From positions 1 to 38,109 of the IMG/VR virus record IMGVR_UViG_3300021961_000252: a DNA stretch of 38,109 nucleotides, one strand, 5' to 3'. This document shows, in pieces, positions 27,855-34,814 of this stretch. Both the position numbers and the translations under genes were made by a program. Source of the DNA: a virus. Taxonomy: Duplodnaviria; Caudoviricetes. Position 1 is the first letter of the stretch, and every line of letters begins with the position of its first letter. The notes beneath the pieces are model-generated. The model worked only from the letters and a program-made list of their open reading frames with translations. It was not told where the DNA came from and made no database searches.

Positions 27855-28030
27855 CCCCGCACCGGCTGATTTCTCTGGTCAAAGTCAAACAGCCTAAACC
27901 ATTTTTCTTCGTTCTCTGCATCTTTTTGTTCTTGTTCAAACTCAACACACTTGTAGGAATACCTGTGTGGAAAATGATATAACTCACAATCACAGGGTGG
28001 TGGTGTTGGTTTCTTCTGCTGTTTTTTCAT
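27848..28030 (-). CDS. Hypothetical protein with CxC..HxxH..C motif
   Basis: CDCELYHFPHRYSYKC; GGAG RBS. Confidence 0.6.
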   Translation of the reverse strand: MKKQQKKPTPPPCDCELYHFPHRYSYKCVEFEQEQKDAENEEKWFRLFDFDQRNQPVRGW

Positions 28031-28166
28031 TTTGCTTCTCCACGATTAGCCAAGCGAATTTTACCAGTTCTTTCCTGAAAGCATAATCTATGTTGGCTGC
28101 TTTTGCTGCGGCCATGATTTGTTTATCGGTCAAAAAGTTTAGTGTAGGCTTCTTTAAGGTTTTCAT
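27990..28166 (-). CDS. Hypothetical protein
   Basis: Likely start MKTLKKP; overlaps neighbours by ~40 nt. Confidence 0.45.
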   Translation of the reverse strand: MKTLKKPTLNFLTDKQIMAAAKAANIDYAFRKELVKFAWLIVEKQNEKTAEETNTTTL

Positions 28167-28329
28167 AGGGCATCTTCCAGTAGTTTGCATACAGTTGATC
28201 GGTCGCAAGTTCGATTATTTCGTTAATCGTTGTGTGTTCTAGATCATACTCGACCAGATCCTTGATCATCTCGTGTGCTAGCGGCTCATCAAAATAGGTC
28301 GCATCTTCTTCTTGATATTGTGTACTCAT
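28123..28329 (-). CDS. Small acidic protein
   Basis: 68 aa, 16 D/E vs 5 K/R. Confidence 0.7.
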   Translation of the reverse strand: MSTQYQEEDATYFDEPLAHEMIKDLVEYDLEHTTINEIIELATDQLYANYWKMPYENLKEAYTKLFDR

Positions 28330-28330
28330 G

Positions 28331-28684
28331 CTATATACCCACCGTGTATTGCATTAGGTTGTCGATGTCAAACTTTCCCATCACCTCAGTCTTCATTGTC
28401 AGGATCGATTGACACACAGGTGAGGCATCCATCATGTCCCTGTGCTGATGCACAAAGCGCACACAGGCCTCCCACAGCACGTCAGGGGTTATGATGGTAA
28501 CCTTAAGGTCACCGTCAGGGTCTGGTATGATGATCCTGTGTACTGTGCCGTCCGAGTGAGCGCTTGTGCTAATTTTGTGTCCTGCCCAGTAGTTGATGAT
28601 GTGTTGTCTGATTGCTCGCGTCATGACTTCCATGCAGTAGTTCTCAACCTCTCGGTTGGTATACTTAAAGGTTATTTGCTTCAT
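28331..28684 (-). CDS. Hypothetical protein
   Basis: 117 aa, early region. Confidence 0.7.
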   Translation of the reverse strand: MKQITFKYTNREVENYCMEVMTRAIRQHIINYWAGHKISTSAHSDGTVHRIIIPDPDGDLKVTIITPDVLWEACVRFVHQHRDMMDASPVCQSILTMKTEVMGKFDIDNLMQYTVGI

Positions 28685-28793
28685 TCTTCAGTTCCTGCCT
28701 CTCGTGTTCTACCCATGCATTGTCGATAAAGTCTGATATCTGGTCGCCCCATAGAATGCACCCTAGAATGATCACAATCGAGATCACAGCCAA
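28665..28793 (-). CDS. Small membrane protein (42 aa)
   Basis: GAGGA RBS + TTG; AVISIVIILGCILWG. Confidence 0.5.
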   Translation of the reverse strand: MAVISIVIILGCILWGDQISDFIDNAWVEHERQELKNEANNL

Positions 28794-28800
28794 GATATCC

Positions 28801-29271
28801 TCAGATAAGCCAGGACGGCGCAGGCCTAATAGAGTAACGTAAAATGCTGTTCTTTTGTGTCTTGTAGTAGTGCCTGTAGCACTCGACCGGGTCCGTTGAT
28901 ATTGCTCTCGATTCTCCGTCCATGCATCGCGCTGGCGTTGTGAATTCGACATGATTGATTCCCTCTGGTGGTGTGGAGACTATCTGAAGGCACACTGTGC
29001 CGGATTTGTGTTGTCTTTTATACCTGAATTCATACTCGGAAAGCAAGCCTCGGAAGTGTGTCAAGGTCCAAAGGTAGTTTCCGATGCTATCCCCGGCCCA
29101 TAGTACTGCCGGATGGTTCTTGTGTGTTGGTCTGTATGGTGCTTCAAGACCATAACGGGCTCTGACTGTGCACAGGATCTGTGCTGTTTCAAGGCACATC
29201 TTTACTACATGCTTATCACACTGCATCTGTGCTGCTAGTGTGGGATTCTCATGTAGATAGAATATGTTCAT
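28801..29271 (-). CDS. denV: Pyrimidine-dimer DNA glycosylase/endonuclease V family
   Basis: MNIFYL...A....CDKHVVKM.LE.AQIL...THKNHP...W.....NY.W. Confidence 0.8.
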   Translation of the reverse strand: MNIFYLHENPTLAAQMQCDKHVVKMCLETAQILCTVRARYGLEAPYRPTHKNHPAVLWAGDSIGNYLWTLTHFRGLLSEYEFRYKRQHKSGTVCLQIVSTPPEGINHVEFTTPARCMDGESRAISTDPVECYRHYYKTQKNSILRYSIRPAPSWLI

Positions 29272-29564
29272 TCTTTAATTCCAAATTCTTCTATCGTTCT
29301 CTCTACTGCTTTATAGAAGGACGGATTATTGGATTGATCTATTCCATGATTCCACATCGTCTCCGATAGTAACTTCTCAAAGAGAGAAAACACATTCTCG
29401 AATTTCCTCTGGTAGATTGTTTCTAAACCTAAAAGATAATTGTCTAGGTTATCGTACTCCTTGGGTTGTAATTTAAAGTGTTCTATGGTTTTCCTGAGAA
29501 GCTGGATGTCTTCCACAATCCCCCAAGCTCCCATGATGGCTTGCTCTAGTTTAAATTGTGTCAT
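29268..29564 (-). CDS. Hypothetical phage protein
   Basis: Likely start MTQFKLEQAI; ATGA overlap with denV-like gene. Confidence 0.65.
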   Translation of the reverse strand: MTQFKLEQAIMGAWGIVEDIQLLRKTIEHFKLQPKEYDNLDNYLLGLETIYQRKFENVFSLFEKLLSETMWNHGIDQSNNPSFYKAVERTIEEFGIKE

Positions 29565-29823
29565 TGTCTTTCTTCCACTTTGGAGTTTCAAACCAGCGTA
29601 TCTTTGTATTTGTTTCCCATTCAAAGAGTGATGTTATTTCTTCAAGTGACCATAAGTATTCCGTTGTGAGTGAGTTTATCCATTCACTGAATTCATTGTA
29701 GTCTTCAGTGTGCATGAGTGGGAGTGACCATTCATAATCTTCATCGCCTCTGTGTACGTCAATCCTCCCACCAGACCAGTGTTCCCCATGTTCCTTGATC
29801 CACTCTTGGTTTATTGGTCCCAT
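29551..29823 (-). CDS. Hypothetical Trp-rich protein, N-terminally truncated paralog of 26257..26541
   Basis: About half of residues identical by hand alignment. Confidence 0.65.
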   Translation of the reverse strand: MGPINQEWIKEHGEHWSGGRIDVHRGDEDYEWSLPLMHTEDYNEFSEWINSLTTEYLWSLEEITSLFEWETNTKIRWFETPKWKKDNDTI

Positions 29824-30008
29824 GAAATTTGTTGAGTCCGCGTCACCGGAACCGGTTCCAGCTCCTCGTATGCTTGTTTAACCTCGTCGGACGTATAGCC
29901 CTTCTCGCGGAGGATTCTCAACGCTTCCAGCGCTTCGGTGTCTTCTGCAATCAGCGGTATTTCCTGGAGCTGCACGCCGCTTTGGAGATCATCATCATAG
30001 TCCGTCAT
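29811..30008 (-). CDS. Small acidic, possibly chimeric protein (65 aa, MTDYDDDLQSGVQLQEIPL...)
   Basis: GAGGA RBS 7 nt before ATG at 30008. Confidence 0.55.
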   Translation of the reverse strand: MTDYDDDLQSGVQLQEIPLIAEDTEALEALRILREKGYTSDEVKQAYEELEPVPVTRTQQISWDQ

Positions 30009-30327
30009 ATTTAAGTCCTCGATCGAATAATTGCCTCGACTCAAATCCGCCATTTGTCATGCTCACCCTCTCGGTCGATCTGGGAACATATCTTTGATGA
30101 TTGCCTTGCGCTGGTATTCCTGTAGAAGGCACCAGCTTTTGTCCGGTCTGTGCTTCATCCAGCACAGATTGGATGCTCCCACAATACACTTTGTGTGAAT
30201 GGTTACTCATGGGAACCTGGTTCAGTATCACGTACACTTGGCCACCTGTTATATGTACCAGTGTGGGTGAATACTGGGAGTATTTGCGCCTTACATGTTT
30301 CGTGAGCTTTTGGTAGTCTGTTTTCAT
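29995..30327 (-). CDS. Hypothetical protein (C-terminus may be run-on)
   Basis: ATGA overlap at start; 3' part overlaps alternative ORF 30063..30158. Confidence 0.55.
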   Translation of the reverse strand: MKTDYQKLTKHVRRKYSQYSPTLVHITGGQVYVILNQVPMSNHSHKVYCGSIQSVLDEAQTGQKLVPSTGIPAQGNHQRYVPRSTERVSMTNGGFESRQLFDRGLKYDGL

Positions 30328-30515
30328 TTAACGTTAAACTCCCCGATTGATGCATAGCCAATGATTCGCACAAAGTACCTGTGTGTACCTGCCTTGCGTA
30401 CTCGGAAAGCTTTATGTTTCCTGTATGCCCTAAGCTTTTGTGCTAATTCTGGCCGACCGATGTCGGTTTCGAACTGAGGCTGGTCCATGAACTTAAAGGT
30501 GAATTGTGGTTTCAT
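30324..30515 (-). CDS. Small basic hypothetical protein
   Basis: 63 aa, GGAG upstream. Confidence 0.65.
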   Translation of the reverse strand: MKPQFTFKFMDQPQFETDIGRPELAQKLRAYRKHKAFRVRKAGTHRYFVRIIGYASIGEFNVK

Positions 30516-30521
30516 TTTATT

Positions 30522-31184
30522 TCATGCTCCCGTTGCGATTAGTTTAATCTTGCGTTGTTTTGCGACCATAGATCGACCATGACCAACGTATGCGATCACG
30601 GAAACCTTTTGCGACCAGCATGCTTTACAGGGACCACACTTGCCTTCCCGAGTGTACGCTGGGCATACGTAGGCGTCTCCTGCGGACTGTAGGTTGTCCG
30701 ATGGGACAATAGTGGATGTGGTGTGTCCCACTACGCGCTCACCCGTGATGCTGTCGCTGCTATAACGCACGACCACATTGGGCAGGGATTGCATGCGAGC
30801 GAACACGTCATGGAACTTCGGGAATTTGTGCATTCTGGTAGGTAGCCAATGTTGGCACCAAGGCGCGCGCTCCATTACCTGAAGGATCTTCTCTGCCAGT
30901 TTCACAGAGTAGCAGTCACCAGAATCGAACCAGCGAAAGTAGCGGCTCGCGTCTAGTTCGGCAACCATGTCATCAACCCATTCTTCCCGCTCCCAATCCG
31001 TGCGATTGTGGAGTCTGGGGAGTTTGACGTTGGCATACCGGTAGTTCCCCGACGTGGCATAGCAGCCAGAGCATGCGGGCACAAGCTTGCCGTCTGCGCC
31101 TTTGGATCCTGGGCATGTATCTATTGCTTGCAGCGACCATGAAAGGCAACCAAGCTTGGAAGTCTTGGATAGTCTTACACTCAT
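30522..31184 (-). CDS. Gp88-like Cys-rich protein
   Basis: LSKTSK..C.SWSL.A..TCPG...C.GCYA..GNY; YFRW.DSGD; HWLPTR; CPA...KC..C.ACW. Confidence 0.8.
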   Translation of the reverse strand: MSVRLSKTSKLGCLSWSLQAIDTCPGSKGADGKLVPACSGCYATSGNYRYANVKLPRLHNRTDWEREEWVDDMVAELDASRYFRWFDSGDCYSVKLAEKILQVMERAPWCQHWLPTRMHKFPKFHDVFARMQSLPNVVVRYSSDSITGERVVGHTTSTIVPSDNLQSAGDAYVCPAYTREGKCGPCKACWSQKVSVIAYVGHGRSMVAKQRKIKLIATGA

Positions 31185-31219
31185 TCTCTTATCCTCTGTT
31201 TGGTCAGTGTATCAATCAA

Positions 31220-31268
31220 TCTACACTCAGGAACCCGCTAGCAACACTAGCGGGCTCTAGGGTGGAGA
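31220..31268 (-). promoter_or_regulatory. Long imperfect intergenic hairpin (RNase III-site-like)
   Basis: 22-nt arms around TGTTG loop; core CCCGCTAG/CTAGCGGG; no U-tract. Confidence 0.55.
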
Positions 31269-31271
31269 CTG

Positions 31272-31607
31272 TTAGTCTTTGGTAGCCAAGTATTTTTCCG
31301 CTTTAAGTATGTCATCTTCTAACATGCTAATTGCTACCGCCAGTTGGATCCGACTGCATCGTTTTTGCGTGGCAAGCTTCATCATTTCTTTTGTCGCGTA
31401 ATTGTTCAAACTTCCATATGCAATGTGCGCTCCAAATTTGTATTTGCCTATGTCAACACCTTCTTCGATTCGATCATCAGTTGCTTTTTTCTTGGCATAC
31501 AACCCATTGGGATTGAAATAGTGAAAGCGTGCTATATTTGTGTTACTCCAGTCAGCACTAGGTGTCGCTGCGCTAGTAATGGTTTCCCAGTCAATTTTCT
31601 TTACCAC
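31272..31607 (-). CDS. First early gene, hypothetical (MVKKIDWETI...)
   Basis: GTG start after AGGGA; longer ORF-track start overlaps the putative promoter. Confidence 0.6.
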   Translation of the reverse strand: MVKKIDWETITSAATPSADWSNTNIARFHYFNPNGLYAKKKATDDRIEEGVDIGKYKFGAHIAYGSLNNYATKEMMKLATQKRCSRIQLAVAISMLEDDILKAEKYLATKD

Positions 31608-31635
31608 GATATTTCCCTGTGTTTCGAACGAGGCA

Positions 31636-31664
31636 ATCGTCTCATGCTCTGCCCCATGATGCAA
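31636..31664 (-). promoter_or_regulatory. Possible early sigma70-like promoter
   Basis: TTGCAT-N17-GACGAT with TG extension; -10 is weak. Confidence 0.35.
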
Positions 31665-31686
31665 GCACTATTTTGCATGCTGTGTT

Positions 31687-31732
31687 TGATGGTGGCTGAT
31701 GGTGGCTGATGGTGGCTGATGGTGGCTGATGG
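31687..31732 (+). repeat. 10-bp tandem repeat (TGATGGTGGC) x4.6
   Basis: Perfect copies read directly. Confidence 0.95.
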
Positions 31733-31769
31733 AGCCTAAAGGGGTCCTGCATTGCCTCTCGCATCTCAC

Positions 31770-31954
31770 AGCCCCAGTCGCCACCACAAGCCCCAGTCGC
31801 CACCCAAGGCACAGGCCTGGCTCGATATATACAATTGCATATGTGGTCCTATCGCTACCACAAGCGCCACATGGCACGCCAGCAGCCCACCATGTGCTGC
31901 CCTAGCACCCAGCAGCCCAGCAGGCTCCCAGCGGGCTGCCATGAGCTCCCAGCG
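31770..31954 (+). repeat. Cluster of short GC-rich direct repeats
   Basis: AGCCCCAGTCGCCACC at 31770 and 31789; CCAGCAGCCCA at 31879 and 31909; GCTCCCAGCG at 31924 and 31945. Confidence 0.85.
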
Positions 31955-31969
31955 TGTCCTGAGAAGCGA

Positions 31970-31990
31970 GGGGGCGGGGGGGGGGTGGGG
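31970..31990 (+). other. Poly-G tract G5-C-G10-T-G4
   Basis: Read directly; marks the switch from GC-rich to AT-rich sequence. Confidence 0.85.
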
Positions 31991-32054
31991 ACTCAAGGTG
32001 AATTTATAGTAGTAGCCACTCAGGGTTACAAAAGGCAAATTTAGACCCCTTAAG

Positions 32055-32126
32055 TTTCCCGAACGGTAAACAAACAGCCCCAACAGACACAAAAAGAATC
32101 AATATTTCCCGAACGGTAAACCAACA
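32055..32126 (+). repeat. Direct repeat TTTCCCGAACGGTAAAC(A/C)AACA x2, 50-bp period
   Basis: Copies at 32055 and 32105; core is a near-palindrome. Confidence 0.9.
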
Positions 32127-32168
32127 TTAAAAGAACACTAAAATTAGCTTAATTCCACTTAGGGGGTG

Positions 32169-32197
32169 TTTACTTCTCTTTAGAAATATGCTAAAAT
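32169..32197 (+). promoter_or_regulatory. Sigma70-like promoter for the packaging/virion arm
   Basis: TTTACT-N17-TAAAAT with TG extended -10, upstream of TerS. Confidence 0.55.
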
Positions 32198-32210
32198 TAA
32201 GACATATATA

Positions 32211-32310
32211 AGACACTTAAGGACACTTAAGGTGAAACCTTTAGTATTAACTATTAAGTAATACATAATAGAATACTACTTAAAGACACTTAAGGATACT
32301 TAAGGACACT
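32211..32310 (+). repeat. GACACTTAAG 10-bp repeat clusters
   Basis: Two clusters, 32211-32232 and 32279-32310. Confidence 0.85.
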
Positions 32311-32328
32311 ATACTATGGACCAATTAA

Positions 32329-32748
32329 TTGACAACCCCTAGTACCCCTAACAATGATGTTGTGTTAAAAAGAAAAGGGCGACCACCTAAAGCTCTTTTA
32401 GAAAAGAAAAATCCTGTAGGGAGACCTAAAGGAGAAGCTTCAATCATTAATGAGTACAAGAGGAGGATGTTAAATTCTCCTAAGTCTCATAAAGTATTAG
32501 ATTCTATATTTAGTGCAGCTCTTAATGATGACCACAAGAACCAAGCAGCCGCTTGGAAACTACTTATGGATAGAATGCTTCCTGTATCTGCGTTTGAGCA
32601 GGAGGTACAAAAGAATGGTGGAAAGTCAGCAATCACCATCAACATCTCAGGACTTGTCACCTCAACAACACAAGAAGAACAGTCAGACGATGTACTTGAA
32701 GATATAGAGTATTCCTCTTATCAAGAAGAACACCCAGATGAGCAGTAG
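32329..32748 (+). CDS. terS: Terminase small subunit (putative)
   Basis: KRKGRPPK/GRPKG, QAAAWKLLMDR.LP, ITINI; first gene of the arm, upstream of TerL. Confidence 0.65.
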   Translation: MTTPSTPNNDVVLKRKGRPPKALLEKKNPVGRPKGEASIINEYKRRMLNSPKSHKVLDSIFSAALNDDHKNQAAAWKLLMDRMLPVSAFEQEVQKNGGKSAITINISGLVTSTTQEEQSDDVLEDIEYSSYQEEHPDEQ

Positions 32749-33214
32749 GTTTTATTATGGTGATAAAGCCGTAAAGAAAGTTAAAGAACTGTATCCTGAT
32801 TGTGTGTTAACAAAAGCCCATGAGCTTTTAATCCACCATGAAGGGTTTTGTGAAGGTGTCTATACTGACGACAAGGGTGTGTTAACCACAGGTGTAGGTC
32901 AAACCAAGGAATACTTCAATATGCCCTTTCCTGATGTGTTTAATATCTTTCTACAAAAAGCAAAAGATCTAACCCCTAACTTTGATTCTTTGTCGGAAGA
33001 ACTCAAAGCTGCTATTGTGTCAGCCACCTATAGGGGCGACTGGCAACTCTCTAAAAAGACCAGACAGCTATTTAACCTTGGTAAGTACCAAGAAGCTGCT
33101 GATGAGTTCCTAAACAACAAAGAGTACAGAGAAAGGCTCCTTAAAGAAACCAAAGATGGTGTTGTAAAACGCCTGGAATATATTGCTGACTGTATTCGTA
33201 AAGGTGGTTTCTAA
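32738..33214 (+). CDS. Phage lysozyme (GH24-like endolysin)
   Basis: E-X8-D-X5-T triad in HEGFCEGVYTDDKGVLTTGVG; AA.EFL; V..R. Confidence 0.8.
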   Translation: MSSRFYYGDKAVKKVKELYPDCVLTKAHELLIHHEGFCEGVYTDDKGVLTTGVGQTKEYFNMPFPDVFNIFLQKAKDLTPNFDSLSEELKAAIVSATYRGDWQLSKKTRQLFNLGKYQEAADEFLNNKEYRERLLKETKDGVVKRLEYIADCIRKGGF

Positions 33215-33558
33215 TGGAATACTCTGTAGGCAAAAACCTAACAGCAGGAACAGCCAACACCCTATTTGTTGTGCCCACAGGTTACCATGCAAAAGTAACC
33301 CTGCTTCTTATAGCCAACGTAGGTGGCTCCTCAAAGAACGTCAGTGGTGCCTGGCATGAAGGTGCAACTTCAATCAGCTTCCAAGGTGCCAAGTCAGTCA
33401 GTGCCGGAGAAACCTTAAAGTTTGGTGGTCCTCCTGGCGAGTTTCTTTTGATGACTGAAGGGGATTATTTAAGTGTTACCCCTGAAGCAGGTAGCTCTTT
33501 TACTGCTATTGTTTCATTTGATCTATTCCCTCACAAACCAGCTAATTTTGTATTCTGA
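33214..33558 (+). CDS. Hypothetical beta-rich (probable virion) protein
   Basis: 114 aa; TLF.VP.G...EGD.L.V. Confidence 0.65.
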   Translation: MEYSVGKNLTAGTANTLFVVPTGYHAKVTLLLIANVGGSSKNVSGAWHEGATSISFQGAKSVSAGETLKFGGPPGEFLLMTEGDYLSVTPEAGSSFTAIVSFDLFPHKPANFVF

Positions 33559-34808
33559 TGGCTGAACTTAATGTAAAACTCCTCAAGTGGCAACAGACAG
33601 TCTGGAAAAACAACGAACGCTTTCAGGTAATTGCTGCTGGTAGACGGTGCGGTAAGTCCAGGTATGCTGCTTGGAGAATGATTGTGTCTGCTCTTGATTC
33701 AGGAGCAGGAGATGTCTGGTACATAGGTCTTACTCAAGGTAACGCCAGGGACATCATGTGGTCCTTGCTACATGATCTTGCCAGACCAGTTATTAAATCC
33801 TCTCACGTAAACAACCTTCAGATCACCCTGATCAATGGGGCTGTTATCTCTCTTAAAGGTTCTGACCGCCCTGAAACCATGCGGGGTGCTTCTCTTAAAC
33901 TAGCAGTCCTCGATGAAGCTGCTTTTATGAAGCCTTCAGTATGGGAAGAAATCATTCGACCAGCCCTAGCTGACCAAAAGGGTAAAGCTGTGTTTATCGG
34001 CACCCCTGAAGGGCGTAATTGGTTTTATGAACTCTTTGTGTACGCTGAGAAGTCTGATGACCCTGAGTGGGCTGCTTATCACTTCACCAGCTACGACAAT
34101 GAAATGCTTGACAAGAATGAAATTGACAATGCAAAGAAGTCAATGTCAACGCATATTTTTAACCAAGAGTTCATGGCTTCTTTTAATGCTAAAGAATCTG
34201 AACTGTTCAAAGAAGAATGGCTTCAGTTTTCACAAGAAGAACCTGAACAAGGTGATTACTACATCGCAATTGACCTTGCAGGCTTTGAACAAGAAGGTAA
34301 AGCCAAGAAAAAACGCCTTGATGACTCAGCAATGGCTATTGTCAAAGTCACTGACGATGGTGAATGGTGGGTTAGAGACATCAAATATGGCCGTTGGTCC
34401 TTTGATGAGACTGTCAGAAACATCTTTTGGGCAGTCCAAAGGTACAAACCTGTTGCTGTAGGCATCGAAAAGGGCATTGCAAGGCAAGCCATCATGTCTC
34501 CTTTGATGGACATGATGAAAAAACACAATCTTTTTTTTAGAATTGAAGAACTAAGCCACGGGAACACCAATAAAACCACCCGTGTAGTTCATGCCCTTCA
34601 AGGTAGATTTGAACATGAGCGTGTTATTTTGAATGAAGGTGAATGGAACATCAAATTCATAGACCAACTTATGCAATTCCCATCAGCACTTACCCATGAT
34701 GACCTTATTGACGCCCTTGCGTATATTGATCAATTAGCAAAAGTGTGTTATACTTATGATTTTGAAGTGGATGAATGGGAAGAATTTGACCGAGTAGCAG
34801 GATATTAA
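33558..34808 (+). CDS. terL: Terminase large subunit
   Basis: AGRRCGKS, RG.SL..AVLDEAA, IGTPEG.NWF, QEF.A.F, IDLA, HDD.IDALAY. Confidence 0.95.
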   Translation: MAELNVKLLKWQQTVWKNNERFQVIAAGRRCGKSRYAAWRMIVSALDSGAGDVWYIGLTQGNARDIMWSLLHDLARPVIKSSHVNNLQITLINGAVISLKGSDRPETMRGASLKLAVLDEAAFMKPSVWEEIIRPALADQKGKAVFIGTPEGRNWFYELFVYAEKSDDPEWAAYHFTSYDNEMLDKNEIDNAKKSMSTHIFNQEFMASFNAKESELFKEEWLQFSQEEPEQGDYYIAIDLAGFEQEGKAKKKRLDDSAMAIVKVTDDGEWWVRDIKYGRWSFDETVRNIFWAVQRYKPVAVGIEKGIARQAIMSPLMDMMKKHNLFFRIEELSHGNTNKTTRVVHALQGRFEHERVILNEGEWNIKFIDQLMQFPSALTHDDLIDALAYIDQLAKVCYTYDFEVDEWEEFDRVAGY

Positions 34809-34814
34809 CTAATT

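Noticed and set aside
31668-32092. ORFs of 69-108 aa in the repeat region
   Set aside because: Low-complexity translations of repeats and the G-tract; no RBS.
32055-32126. Mini-CRISPR array (with the Cas4-like gene)
   Set aside because: Only two 22-bp copies, no resemblance to CRISPR repeat ends that I know, no cas1/cas2; solo Cas4-like nucleases are common in phages.
34530-34540. T8 slippery run in terL
   Set aside because: ORF intact through the nuclease motifs; no evident stimulatory structure.
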